A model generated the notes under the pieces. The model saw nothing but the letters and a program-made list of their open reading frames with translations. It searched no databases and had not been told where the DNA came from. 17,710 nucleotides of DNA. Source: a virus (Duplodnaviria > Heunggongvirae > Uroviricota > Caudoviricetes). The translations under genes and the position numbers were made by a program. The first letter of the stretch is position 1. Every line of letters starts with the position of its first letter. The stretch covers positions 1-17,710 of IMG/VR virus record IMGVR_UViG_3300022752_000033. One strand, written 5' to 3'. Positions 1 to 7,140 of the stretch are shown here, in pieces.

Positions 1-1
1 T

Positions 2-112
2 AAAAACATTTTTGGGCGGGAATGTTAAGTTTTTATTAAAAAATTGAATTTTTAATTTTTGATAGTTCTTATCAAAAAAATTACCATCAATTTTTTGAGA
101 ATATAAATTCAT
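2..112 (-). CDS. Possible partial hypothetical protein (5' end, runs off the left edge)
   Basis: Open frame from the ATG at 112: MNLYSQKIDGNFFDKNYQKLKIQFFNKNLTFPPKNVF...; too short to verify. Confidence 0.35.
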   Translation of the reverse strand, partial: MNLYSQKIDGNFFDKNYQKLKIQFFNKNLTFPPKNVF

Positions 113-230
113 ACATAAAAAAAATGGGATGATATATAATAGATTTTTCATCTTAAATTATTTTATTATAATAATAAATATGAAAGAATTTTTATTAAAA
201 TAAGAAGTATTTATAATAAAAAGAAACAAA

Positions 231-653
231 ATGATTAAAACAAATTTTTTAGTAACAAAAGAAGAAAAAGATAGAATATTAAGTCTACACGAATCAGCAA
301 CAAAAAAACTTTATTTGGTAACGGAAATCTCTGATATGGAAGCAGATGCAGAATTACCAAACGAACCGGAACCAACAAATAAATCAGATGAAAATATTGC
401 TAGAGAGTGGGAGGCAAAAAATATAAACAATCCAAGTTTTCAAGATTGGTTTAAGTCGGAGTTAGTGTCATCAAAGTACCCAAGATTTAAGAAAAGAGTT
501 AACGCAATACAAAATGCTGTGAGAGGTAGTAGTATACCGGATGTAAGAGATTACCAAAAACTAGGTAGATATTTGAGAAAAAATCCTGAAATAGAAACAG
601 AAATAGAGGATTATAGTAGGAAAAACCCTAAACCTATTATTAAGATTAAGTAA
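231..653 (+). CDS. Hypothetical protein, probable virion/head protein
   Basis: 140-aa ORF; N-terminal 'FLVTKEEKDRILSLHES' leader; TATTTATA at 208-215; followed by a terminator. Confidence 0.8.
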   Translation: MIKTNFLVTKEEKDRILSLHESATKKLYLVTEISDMEADAELPNEPEPTNKSDENIAREWEAKNINNPSFQDWFKSELVSSKYPRFKKRVNAIQNAVRGSSIPDVRDYQKLGRYLRKNPEIETEIEDYSRKNPKPIIKIK

Positions 654-672
654 TTATAAATTTTTTATAAAT

Positions 673-712
673 AAAACCCCCATCTTTTTATTAGAGTGGG
701 GGATTTTTTTTT
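673..712. terminator. Bidirectional intrinsic terminator between convergent genes
   Basis: Imperfect hairpin CCCCCATCT...AGAGTGGGGG (677-702) flanked by an A run and a T run. Confidence 0.75.
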
Positions 713-717
713 CTAAA

Positions 718-1482
718 TCAAAACAAACTTTCTATCGCCATTTCAGTAACCGTACCCCAAGTTTTAATTTGGTTCTTCGGTACCCAAAATTCCATACTAC
801 CGATTTCTTCCACTCTCTTCAAGTATTCCTCACGGAATCTTTCCGCTTGACTTGCGTCTTTAATATATTCAACCTGCATGTGTCCCGCACATTGTTTACC
901 CATACGAGTTAACATAGAGAACTCATCAGTCAGTGTTTTAGCACAACACATACACACATCACCACGTTTGATAGTCATCTTCCCCACGAACTGAACCGCT
1001 TTTGGAGATATTGCAGTCACCTTTGTGATATCAATTAGAATCGGGTTGAACTTCAAGCCATACTTCTCTTTAAGTTGTTGTCCTATCTTTCTACCAATCT
1101 TGATTGTCTCTCCCGGTGTTGGTATTTTTATTTTCAAGGTTTTTGCCTTGTTTTCTTCCTTCTCAATTTGTTTAAGAGATGCTTGAACCTGTCTGTCGGT
1201 TAGTGTACCATAACTCATCAATTTTGACTTGATGTCCTTTACGAAGTCACTTACACCTTCATACTTGGCAATTCTTTTCATATAATCACTTAAAGTTTCA
1301 ACGTTAACTTCAACTTTAACTTCTGCGTTAAGACATTTGTCAGCCGCGTTTAACTGATTGTCGGTAAGGTTTCCCCATTTCTTTAATGCATCTCTCATTT
1401 TAATAATGAATGAGTTTGAACCTTGATAGTTACGAACTCTTGAGATTGTAATGTCCTTGGTAGTGGTAGTTGTTGTACTCAT
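718..1482 (-). CDS. Phage protein with two helical repeats and a C-terminal DUF6011-type Zn finger
   Basis: Start revised to the ATG at 1482 (MSTTTTTTK) because a promoter lies at 1504-1535; internal repeats SFIIKMRDALKKWGNLTDNQ / DFVKDIKSKLMSYGTLTDRQ; CMCCAKTLTDEFSMLTRMGKQCAGH matches the CxxCxxxLT..S...G..CA pattern. Confidence 0.8.
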   Translation of the reverse strand: MSTTTTTTKDITISRVRNYQGSNSFIIKMRDALKKWGNLTDNQLNAADKCLNAEVKVEVNVETLSDYMKRIAKYEGVSDFVKDIKSKLMSYGTLTDRQVQASLKQIEKEENKAKTLKIKIPTPGETIKIGRKIGQQLKEKYGLKFNPILIDITKVTAISPKAVQFVGKMTIKRGDVCMCCAKTLTDEFSMLTRMGKQCAGHMQVEYIKDASQAERFREEYLKRVEEIGSMEFWVPKNQIKTWGTVTEMAIESLF

Positions 1483-1503
1483 ATGTTTGATTGGTTTAGA
1501 ATA

Positions 1504-1535
1504 CAAAGATATCACTTTCCAAAATACCAACCAAA
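1504..1535 (-). promoter_or_regulatory. Bacteroidota primary-sigma promoter (-33/-7)
   Basis: Minus strand TTTG-N20-TATCTTTG, about 20 nt upstream of the ATG at 1482. Confidence 0.75.
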
Positions 1536-1536
1536 T

Positions 1537-1926
1537 TTATTTTTCATCTATTTCATACGCGAAACAATATCCAGGATATAAGGTTGCAACCTCAAGTATA
1601 TTCTCACCATCCACACTAGTCTTAATCATTACAGTCACATATTTACCATTTTTATCATATGCACTCCAAAAATAAGATTTATGGGTTGGGTAAGTAGTAA
1701 CATTTTTCCTCCCATAAGTTTTAAATGTAGATTGCTCTTCATTTGTTATATTTATATTTGAACCGTCAATGTTAACATATATTGAAAAAACACTTTTTTT
1801 ATTTTTAACTACCCACTCTTTATTTTCATAAACCTCATATCTAACTTCCACCACTTTATGAGATGTTTGTGCCTTAACAAGTAATGTTGACACAATAAAA
1901 AACAAGACTAATAATAATTTTTTCAT
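1537..1926 (-). CDS. Exported (Sec/SPI signal peptide) hypothetical protein
   Basis: MKKLLLVLFFIVSTLLVKA|Q: basic n-region, hydrophobic core, VKA cleavage site with Gln at +1. Confidence 0.8.
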   Translation of the reverse strand: MKKLLLVLFFIVSTLLVKAQTSHKVVEVRYEVYENKEWVVKNKKSVFSIYVNIDGSNINITNEEQSTFKTYGRKNVTTYPTHKSYFWSAYDKNGKYVTVMIKTSVDGENILEVATLYPGYCFAYEIDEK

Positions 1927-1954
1927 TTTTTTTGTTTTAATAGTTATTGAACTA

Positions 1955-1985
1955 CAATTGTAATAATTTTTTAGATAGTAGTCAA
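1955..1985 (-). promoter_or_regulatory. Possible degenerate Bacteroidota promoter
   Basis: TTGA-N19-TACAATTG on the minus strand upstream of the ORF at 1926; mismatches to consensus. Confidence 0.4.
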
Positions 1986-2047
1986 CTTTTTATCTTTTTT
2001 TAAAAAAAGGATATTTATTAGTAAATAAACTTTTAAAATTAAAAAAA

Positions 2048-2218
2048 ATGATTATTAAAGAACAAGTTTTAGGATTAATTAGACACACATTAACATTTGT
2101 TGGTGGTATCTTAATCACTAAAGGTCTTTTGACAGATTCTATTTCTGCAGACCTTATCGGTGGTATTATGACAGTTATTGGAACTGTTTGGTCTGTTATC
2201 TCAAAAAAAGCAGCTTAA
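2048..2218 (+). CDS. Small holin-like membrane protein (Pam3 gp28-like); missing from the ORF track
   Basis: Translated by hand, 56 aa: MIIKEQVLGLIRHTLTFVGGILITKGLLTDSISADLIGGIMTVIGTVWSVISKKAA; two hydrophobic segments; 'G.IRH.LTF.GG...G...W' pattern; TATTTATT at 2012-2019; followed by a terminator. Confidence 0.8.
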   Translation: MIIKEQVLGLIRHTLTFVGGILITKGLLTDSISADLIGGIMTVIGTVWSVISKKAA

Positions 2219-2240
2219 TTAAAGAAAATATCTTAAATTA

Positions 2241-2271
2241 AAAAAAAGGTCAGATTCGTCTGACCTTTTTT
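2241..2271. terminator. Bidirectional intrinsic terminator
   Basis: A7-GGTCAGA-TTCG-TCTGACC-T6, a perfect hairpin. Confidence 0.9.
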
Positions 2272-2275
2272 ATTT

Positions 2276-2475
2276 GACACCCTCATTTATCCAATTCACA
2301 AGTGTCCCGACTGTTCCCCATCCTTAAATGGGGTTAGGAATAGTCAATTCGTCCTTACGAGGTCGAGCTGACTTGCTCTGGAGTTATACCCGCCCACTCC
2401 AAAGTAGGTTCCCATACGGACATCACTCCGTTTCTCATCGTATAGGGTATACTATTCGTTGTATGTTACGAAACG
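2276..2475 (-). ncRNA. Unassigned structured RNA candidate downstream of the tRNA-like element
   Basis: GC-richer non-coding stretch with at least 6 stems: 2276-2282/2300-2306, 2316-2321/2328-2333, 2342-2346/2369-2373 enclosing TCGT-AAGG-ACGA, 2380-2384/2396-2400, 2416-2420/2427-2431, 2456-2460/2469-2473. Confidence 0.6.
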
Positions 2476-2477
2476 TG

Positions 2478-2560
2478 TAGTCAGAAACAGGACTCGAACC
2501 TATATGAACTTTCATTCTCGGGAAGGTTTCCCTAGCGTCTATCCATTCCGCCACCTGACT
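2478..2560 (-). tRNA. tRNA-like element (Leu/Ser-type scaffold) with a collapsed anticodon arm; pseudo-tRNA
   Basis: AGTCAGG TG GCGG AATGGATA GACGC T AGGGAAACCTTCCCG AGAATGAAAGTTCAT ATAGG TTCGAGT CCTGT T TCTGACT A: acceptor stem, Leu-type D arm, long variable arm and T arm are present, but the anticodon loop is only 3-5 nt. Confidence 0.75.
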
Positions 2561-2567
2561 ATTTAAA

Positions 2568-2810
2568 TTATTCGTCACATTCATTAGGCATAAAACATGT
2601 TTGACCCGCACCAACAATATATCCAACTCTACTTTCAATATTAGTAGATTGCAAATATGGGCTTTCTTTCCCACATATTAAACATTTATCATATGAATTA
2701 TTATCAATAAATTTTTCATGATTAAATTTACTCCTAATATACCTACCAAGTTCCATATCATTTGGTCTTTCCAAAATTTCTTTTTCCGTTAATGTTATAT
2801 TAATCTCCAT
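2568..2810 (-). CDS. Hypothetical protein with a Cys cluster (possible Zn ribbon)
   Basis: 80 aa; CLICG...GYIVGAGQTC; upstream promoter at 2826-2856. Confidence 0.75.
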   Translation of the reverse strand: MEINITLTEKEILERPNDMELGRYIRSKFNHEKFIDNNSYDKCLICGKESPYLQSTNIESRVGYIVGAGQTCFMPNECDE

Positions 2811-2825
2811 ATTTTTTTCTTTTTA

Positions 2826-2856
2826 CAAAATTAAATAAAAAAAGTTACAAATCAAA
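2826..2856 (-). promoter_or_regulatory. Bacteroidota -33/-7 promoter
   Basis: TTTG-N19-TAATTTTG on the minus strand. Confidence 0.65.
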
Positions 2857-2870
2857 GTATATTTATTGTT

Positions 2871-3806
2871 ATGGCAGAACAAATTTTAAATAAAAAGTGG
2901 AAAAGTCTTGCAAAAAGAATTGCTCCACTTATTAAAAGAACCGAACTAACCCCTAATCACGTTTTTTCAAGTTTTAAAGACATTTGTAGAAATCAAGATG
3001 TGTACTTTCGTCCATTATTTAATAATGATAAGATGGGTTATATTAAAACTACCTATTACATTTATTCATTACTAAAAACAGATAACTTTGACTTGGGTGA
3101 TAATATAATTAACAATTTATTTTTCGCATCCGTTCTTGAAACAGAAAATGAAAATTACACTGATTCGTGTGATGAATGTAATGGTAATGGATATGAAAAT
3201 TGTTATGATTGTGATGGTACCGGTGAAATCGTATGTCGCAACTGCGATGAAAGTGGTAAAGAAGAATGTGGTACTTGTGATGGAACCGGTAATATGGAAT
3301 GTGATGATTGTGAAGGAAGTGGTAGCGATGAAGAAGGTGAACCATGCGTCTCTTGTGATGGTACCGGAGAATTAAATTGTGACAATTGTAATGGTAGAGG
3401 AAATGTGACTTGTGAAGAATGTGGTGGAGATGGGAGAGAAAGTTGTAATAGTTGTAATGGTGATGGTACTGTAAGTTGTGATGAATGTGATGGTGTAGGT
3501 GACGTTCAAACAGATGAAACCACATATATGACTTACGATGTTTGCACTTCTAACAGAGATATCTATAACATATGCGAATTAAACGCAAATACAGAAAAAC
3601 CAATCACAACCGATGAAACTTATGGCGATTTTTGGAAAGAAACAATAACTTTGGGTAAAAGAGAAAAACACGGAGACCAAGATTTTGAATTAGAATCCGA
3701 ACAACTTTATTGTTATTTTTATACACAGGAACCTCGTTTATACATTAAATCGGATTTATCACTTGGAATATACGAAGAAGATGAATATTTTTATTATAAC
3801 TCATAA
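2871..3806 (+). CDS. Acidic protein with 10 DnaJ-type CxxCxGxG zinc-finger repeats
   Basis: CDECNGNG, CYDCDGTG, CRNCDESG, CGTCDGTG, CDDCEGSG, CVSCDGTG, CDNCNGRG, CEECGGDG, CNSCNGDG, CDECDGVG at a mostly 11-aa period; no J-domain HPD motif. Confidence 0.9.
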   Translation: MAEQILNKKWKSLAKRIAPLIKRTELTPNHVFSSFKDICRNQDVYFRPLFNNDKMGYIKTTYYIYSLLKTDNFDLGDNIINNLFFASVLETENENYTDSCDECNGNGYENCYDCDGTGEIVCRNCDESGKEECGTCDGTGNMECDDCEGSGSDEEGEPCVSCDGTGELNCDNCNGRGNVTCEECGGDGRESCNSCNGDGTVSCDECDGVGDVQTDETTYMTYDVCTSNRDIYNICELNANTEKPITTDETYGDFWKETITLGKREKHGDQDFELESEQLYCYFYTQEPRLYIKSDLSLGIYEEDEYFYYNS

Positions 3807-3808
3807 TT

Positions 3809-4294
3809 ATGGAATTTAAAACAGTATTAAAGATTTTAGCAAGAGAAGGTTATCCCAATCCTAATTTGGGTAATATATTTGACGCAATTGATTACGATAG
3901 TAGTAACTTCTTAACCGATTTGGTTGAAACTATTGGTGAAGAAGGTGCAACGGAATTCGTAAGTAAAACATTAAGCCGTCTATCATCAGGTATTAATTCA
4001 GAGATTCAAATTAAAATACCCAATATACATGGATATCCGGGTTCTTGGGTTAATATAATAATTCATAGTTTTTTTATTGAGTTGTCCGAAAGTGAATATG
4101 ATGTGATGGTAAATTATAGTTGGGGGGATAATAAATTCTTTCTTGATGATGGAACTGAAACAACAATTGGAGACATGGCGGACGAAGTTGATATGGGTGG
4201 GATGAGTGAATGGCATGATTTTTTAGATGACTTAATGAACTCCGCAAATGGATATATTACCGAAAGGTGCGGATTTGGTATATGGGACCAATAA
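3809..4294 (+). CDS. Hypothetical acidic protein
   Basis: 161-aa ORF starting 2 nt after the upstream stop; followed by a terminator. Confidence 0.8.
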   Translation: MEFKTVLKILAREGYPNPNLGNIFDAIDYDSSNFLTDLVETIGEEGATEFVSKTLSRLSSGINSEIQIKIPNIHGYPGSWVNIIIHSFFIELSESEYDVMVNYSWGDNKFFLDDGTETTIGDMADEVDMGGMSEWHDFLDDLMNSANGYITERCGFGIWDQ

Positions 4295-4324
4295 AAAAAA
4301 TGAGAGGATTAACCTCTCACTTTT
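4293..4324. terminator. Bidirectional intrinsic terminator
   Basis: A8-TGAGAGG-ATTAA-CCTCTCA-CTTTT between convergent genes. Confidence 0.85.
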
Positions 4325-4366
4325 CAGGACTGACCGATTTAGGGTCAATTCTCCACCATCCGGTTA

Positions 4367-4669
4367 TTAAGGAGCCGGAACCTGTTCCCTCATCAATTCA
4401 TTCACAACTTTTAACATCTGTTCCCGAGTAATATGTGGCATAATTTCACCCATACTATCACTATATTCAGGATATAACGTATCCGAAATAAAATTACCAC
4501 TTTTCTTCTCAATTAACGCAACCTCAAAAGTTTCATTAAAATCACCATAAAGCCCACCTCCACCACCAACGATGGAAATAATAATATCCGGCGTTTCGTA
4601 TCTAACCATTCTACCACCATTTATTAAATGGGGTTCCGATTTTTTCAGTATATCTTCAAATGTTATCAT
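4367..4669 (-). CDS. Hypothetical protein
   Basis: 100 aa; ATGA overlap with the upstream ORF (4666-4669); 'ISIVGGGGGLYGDF.ETFEVALI' segment. Confidence 0.8.
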   Translation of the reverse strand: MITFEDILKKSEPHLINGGRMVRYETPDIIISIVGGGGGLYGDFNETFEVALIEKKSGNFISDTLYPEYSDSMGEIMPHITREQMLKVVNELMREQVPAP

Positions 4670-4944
4670 AATGTTTCTAATGCCTCCAATTTTGATTTGT
4701 TTCTAATATGGTCTGTTATTGTATATATATCAAGTTTTGTCGTTATAATAGATTCTCTTAACCTATCATAAGGAATATGGATGAAAAAATCAACACCATT
4801 AAAAAAAGTTAAGTCTTGTTTCATCTCAATACAACTTTGAGTAAGTCTAAGAAACAATTTGAACTGAACCGGGTTAACAAATGTCTCCTCAAGTAAAGTA
4901 CCAAATTTTTCGTGTTGAATTTTAACGTTGTGATTAATTTCCAT
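4666..4944 (-). CDS. Hypothetical protein
   Basis: 92 aa; promoter at 4960-4990 directly upstream. Confidence 0.8.
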   Translation of the reverse strand: MEINHNVKIQHEKFGTLLEETFVNPVQFKLFLRLTQSCIEMKQDLTFFNGVDFFIHIPYDRLRESIITTKLDIYTITDHIRNKSKLEALETL

Positions 4945-4959
4945 ATCTTAATGTTTTAA

Positions 4960-4990
4960 CAAAGGTAATTAAAGTTTTTGAATTACCAAA
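4960..4990 (-). promoter_or_regulatory. Bacteroidota -33/-7 promoter
   Basis: TTTG-N19-TACCTTTG on the minus strand. Confidence 0.8.
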
Positions 4991-5005
4991 ATATTTATAA
5001 AATAT

Positions 5006-5272
5006 ATGGAAAAAGATTTAAAACTTATTGAAAAAATTCTTAATGACTTAAATTATAGTGAAAAATATTCTAATGTTCTATTAAATTCTTTAAAGTCCTA
5101 CTTCGAAGAGTCAGGTTTAGACCAAATCACCCCAAATATGATATATAATAATTTTTCATATGATTTGGGTAAAAAAGACGCAAGAGATATTGCAAATTAC
5201 TTCGAAGAATTAAAACAGACAGGTTCATACAAAACTGAGTTGGAGAAACTCATGGATAAATGGAAATCCTAA
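5006..5272 (+). CDS. Hypothetical protein
   Basis: 88 aa; TATTTATA at 4992-4999; followed by a terminator. Confidence 0.75.
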   Translation: MEKDLKLIEKILNDLNYSEKYSNVLLNSLKSYFEESGLDQITPNMIYNNFSYDLGKKDARDIANYFEELKQTGSYKTELEKLMDKWKS

Positions 5273-5276
5273 TAAA

Positions 5277-5315
5277 ATAAAAAAAGGGATAAGAGTAGCG
5301 AATTCTTATCCCAAA
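5277..5315. terminator. Intrinsic terminator (strongest on the minus strand)
   Basis: GGGATAAGA-GTAGCGAAT-TCTTATCCC (5286-5312) with an A run on its left. Confidence 0.85.
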
Positions 5316-5374
5316 GTTTGCGGAACATAACTGCTCCGGTCCTAAGTGGGGTTCTTACCCCGACGTATTTTTTA

Positions 5375-6199
5375 TTAAAATTTACGCTTTGGCGCGTTAT
5401 CATTAAACATTAAATCCGGAACATCACTATCATTTGCTGGAGGCATAGACGCATAATTTTTTGTTTGTGTGTCATCTACAGGTGCATCAGCATCTGTAAC
5501 ACCTGGTCTAGCATTATATTTAAGATTTCCTCCTGAATTATATCTATTTTTATATTTGTCCCAAGCAGCCTTTGTTTTTGACCCAAAATTACCATATCCT
5601 TTACCTTTGGTTTTGTTTAATTTAACTCCCGGTTTTCCTAACCAACCATCTATGGTTGAATCTAACCAATCTTGGAATTTTTTAACACCTTCAGCATCTT
5701 TTAAAGCACTTGGTATTGTATAAACAGTAACATTTGGTAATGTTTGAGTTGCCGGCAAATTAGAAACTTCTTTACCATTAATTAAGATAGTGTTTGGTTT
5801 AGTACCACAACTCCATTTTCCATACTCTTGTCCGTAACTATATAATGTTCCGTCAGAACCAAACATATATTGTTTTAAACTTCCTGTACCAATTTTCATT
5901 TCTACACCTGTTTTGGTAGGACCTTGTATATTTGTCCCTGTCGCCTTTTTTTGAGTTTGTAAATTTTTAACACACGGAAACGCCATAAAAGGGTCTGCAG
6001 GTGTTCCACCTTGTTTTGGTAATATTTTACCATCAGAACCTACTTTTAATGTCTTTGCATACTCATCTGTAACCGGACCCCATCCCGCAGCAGACGCCTC
6101 TTTTTGTTTTGTGGTTAATTGTTCAGATATTACTTGTCCCTTCTTATATCCAAAAAGGTCTTTCATTCTATTTACTTCATTTATAAACTGTTTTGACAT
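5375..6199 (-). CDS. Probable virion protein with a peptidoglycan-binding-like C-terminal region
   Basis: N-terminal 'FINEVNRMKDLFGYKKGQVISEQ' leader; 'GVKKFQDWLD...GYGNFGSKTKAAW' resembles the PG_binding_1 pattern (V..LQ..L...DG.FG..T..A); TATTTATT upstream at 6213-6220. Confidence 0.7.
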   Translation of the reverse strand: MSKQFINEVNRMKDLFGYKKGQVISEQLTTKQKEASAAGWGPVTDEYAKTLKVGSDGKILPKQGGTPADPFMAFPCVKNLQTQKKATGTNIQGPTKTGVEMKIGTGSLKQYMFGSDGTLYSYGQEYGKWSCGTKPNTILINGKEVSNLPATQTLPNVTVYTIPSALKDAEGVKKFQDWLDSTIDGWLGKPGVKLNKTKGKGYGNFGSKTKAAWDKYKNRYNSGGNLKYNARPGVTDADAPVDDTQTKNYASMPPANDSDVPDLMFNDNAPKRKF

Positions 6200-6232
6200 A
6201 ATATATTTTTATAATAAATAGTGCAAGGGCAT

Positions 6233-6258
6233 AAAAAAACCCATCACGAAGATAGGTA
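6233..6258 (-). terminator. Intrinsic terminator downstream of the large ncRNA
   Basis: Minus strand ACCTATC-TTCGT-GATGGGT-TTTTTT. Confidence 0.75.
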
Positions 6259-6269
6259 AATTAAAAAAA

Positions 6270-7135
6270 GGTTGAGAATACACCGTTTTGTGACAGTCTT
6301 TAGAAGGATTATCTTATTCCCTTCATTTCCACTTCCTTTTGAGAAGTAACCATCAATGACGATTGATAAAGTCAATCACACTTTGAGTCGAAAAATACTC
6401 TCTTACTACTCATCACTCTTCAAGGTTGCCACCCTGATTAATCCTTGCGGGACTAGAAGACTTTCATAAAAATCACATTAGTCTTGGGAACCTTTGTGGC
6501 CGTGAACAACTCACGACTATGTAGTCATCTTTCATTTCCGACTGACGGACACTTTTCCTTGATTGATTAATTTGATTAACTTATTCAAAGTTTGATTGGT
6601 TTGTGGATTTGAAAGGTAGCGGTCCGTCACCAGCTCAGTTATCTTTTGAACAACCGAATACTAAACTACCTTATGAAGTATCCCTACCTCCATATTTTAA
6701 GTCAACTTCAGTAACACGCTCTTGGTAGAGACGTATCAGGGTTGATAACAGCACCACCTGTACTCCAACTTACCTTTCGGTTTTAAATCGACTTTAATAT
6801 TGAGTCACGCAATAGTAGAGTCGGATAACCCTATGTTTTGCATTAACTCTACGAGTTATTCTTATTGGTGTTCCCACCTCAACCTGACGACCCACATCGC
6901 CAAGCCATCTAACCAACTCCCCTACAGTGTTACCCTCGAGTACTAAGGTTAAACGATATCTCGCTTGTATACTCAAGCACTCTTGCGAATGCCGCAACCC
7001 ACCTAAACCAAGGTGAATCACTTTAAGCCACTTTCGTGGTTTATTTAATGACCATATACGGCCAATTATCTTTTATCAGTAAACGTCTCAGAATCAACCC
7101 GAAGGTCTCATCATCAATATCCTGAATGGATAATA
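6270..7135 (-). ncRNA. Large ornate structured RNA, GOLLD-like (~870 nt; ends approximate)
   Basis: No credible ORF, clearly GC-richer than the flanks, dense hairpins with GNRA/UUCG loops (CCAC-GAAA-GTGG, CATTC-GCAA-GAGTG, ACC-GAAA-GGT, TCC-GCAA-GGA, GACC-TTCG-GGTT), long-range pair 6544-6550/6622-6628; size, phage context and tRNA adjacency fit GOLLD; family call from recall, no covariance model run. Confidence 0.7.
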
Positions 7136-7140
7136 TTTTT

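Noticed and set aside
666-673. TATTTATA on the minus strand as a late promoter
   Set aside because: No downstream gene on that strand; it sits in an AT-rich terminator flank and is likely chance.
2430-2445. Hammerhead ribozyme core (CGATGAG-AAAC)
   Set aside because: Does not match CUGANGA, and there is no stem II between the core halves.
2276-2560. tmRNA or two-piece tmRNA
   Set aside because: The acceptor stem lacks the G3-U70 Ala determinant and a 3' CCA, and there is no tag reading frame.
2435-2674. 79-aa ORF in the track
   Set aside because: Overlaps the tRNA-like element and the stronger ORF 2568-2810; no start context.
3109-3525. His-rich 138-aa ORF (and ORFs 3136-3375, 3203-3385)
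   Set aside because: Shadow frames of the Cys/Asp/Gly repeat gene; poly-His arises from antisense GAT/GGT/TGT codons.
6794-7021. 75-aa ORF in the track
   Set aside because: Lies inside the highly structured RNA region; the higher GC makes chance ORFs likely.
6270-7135. rRNA fragment, RNase P RNA or group I intron
   Set aside because: No recognisable rRNA universal motifs, no RNase P GAGGAAAGUCC/P4 signature, and no interrupted host gene or clear P7 core.
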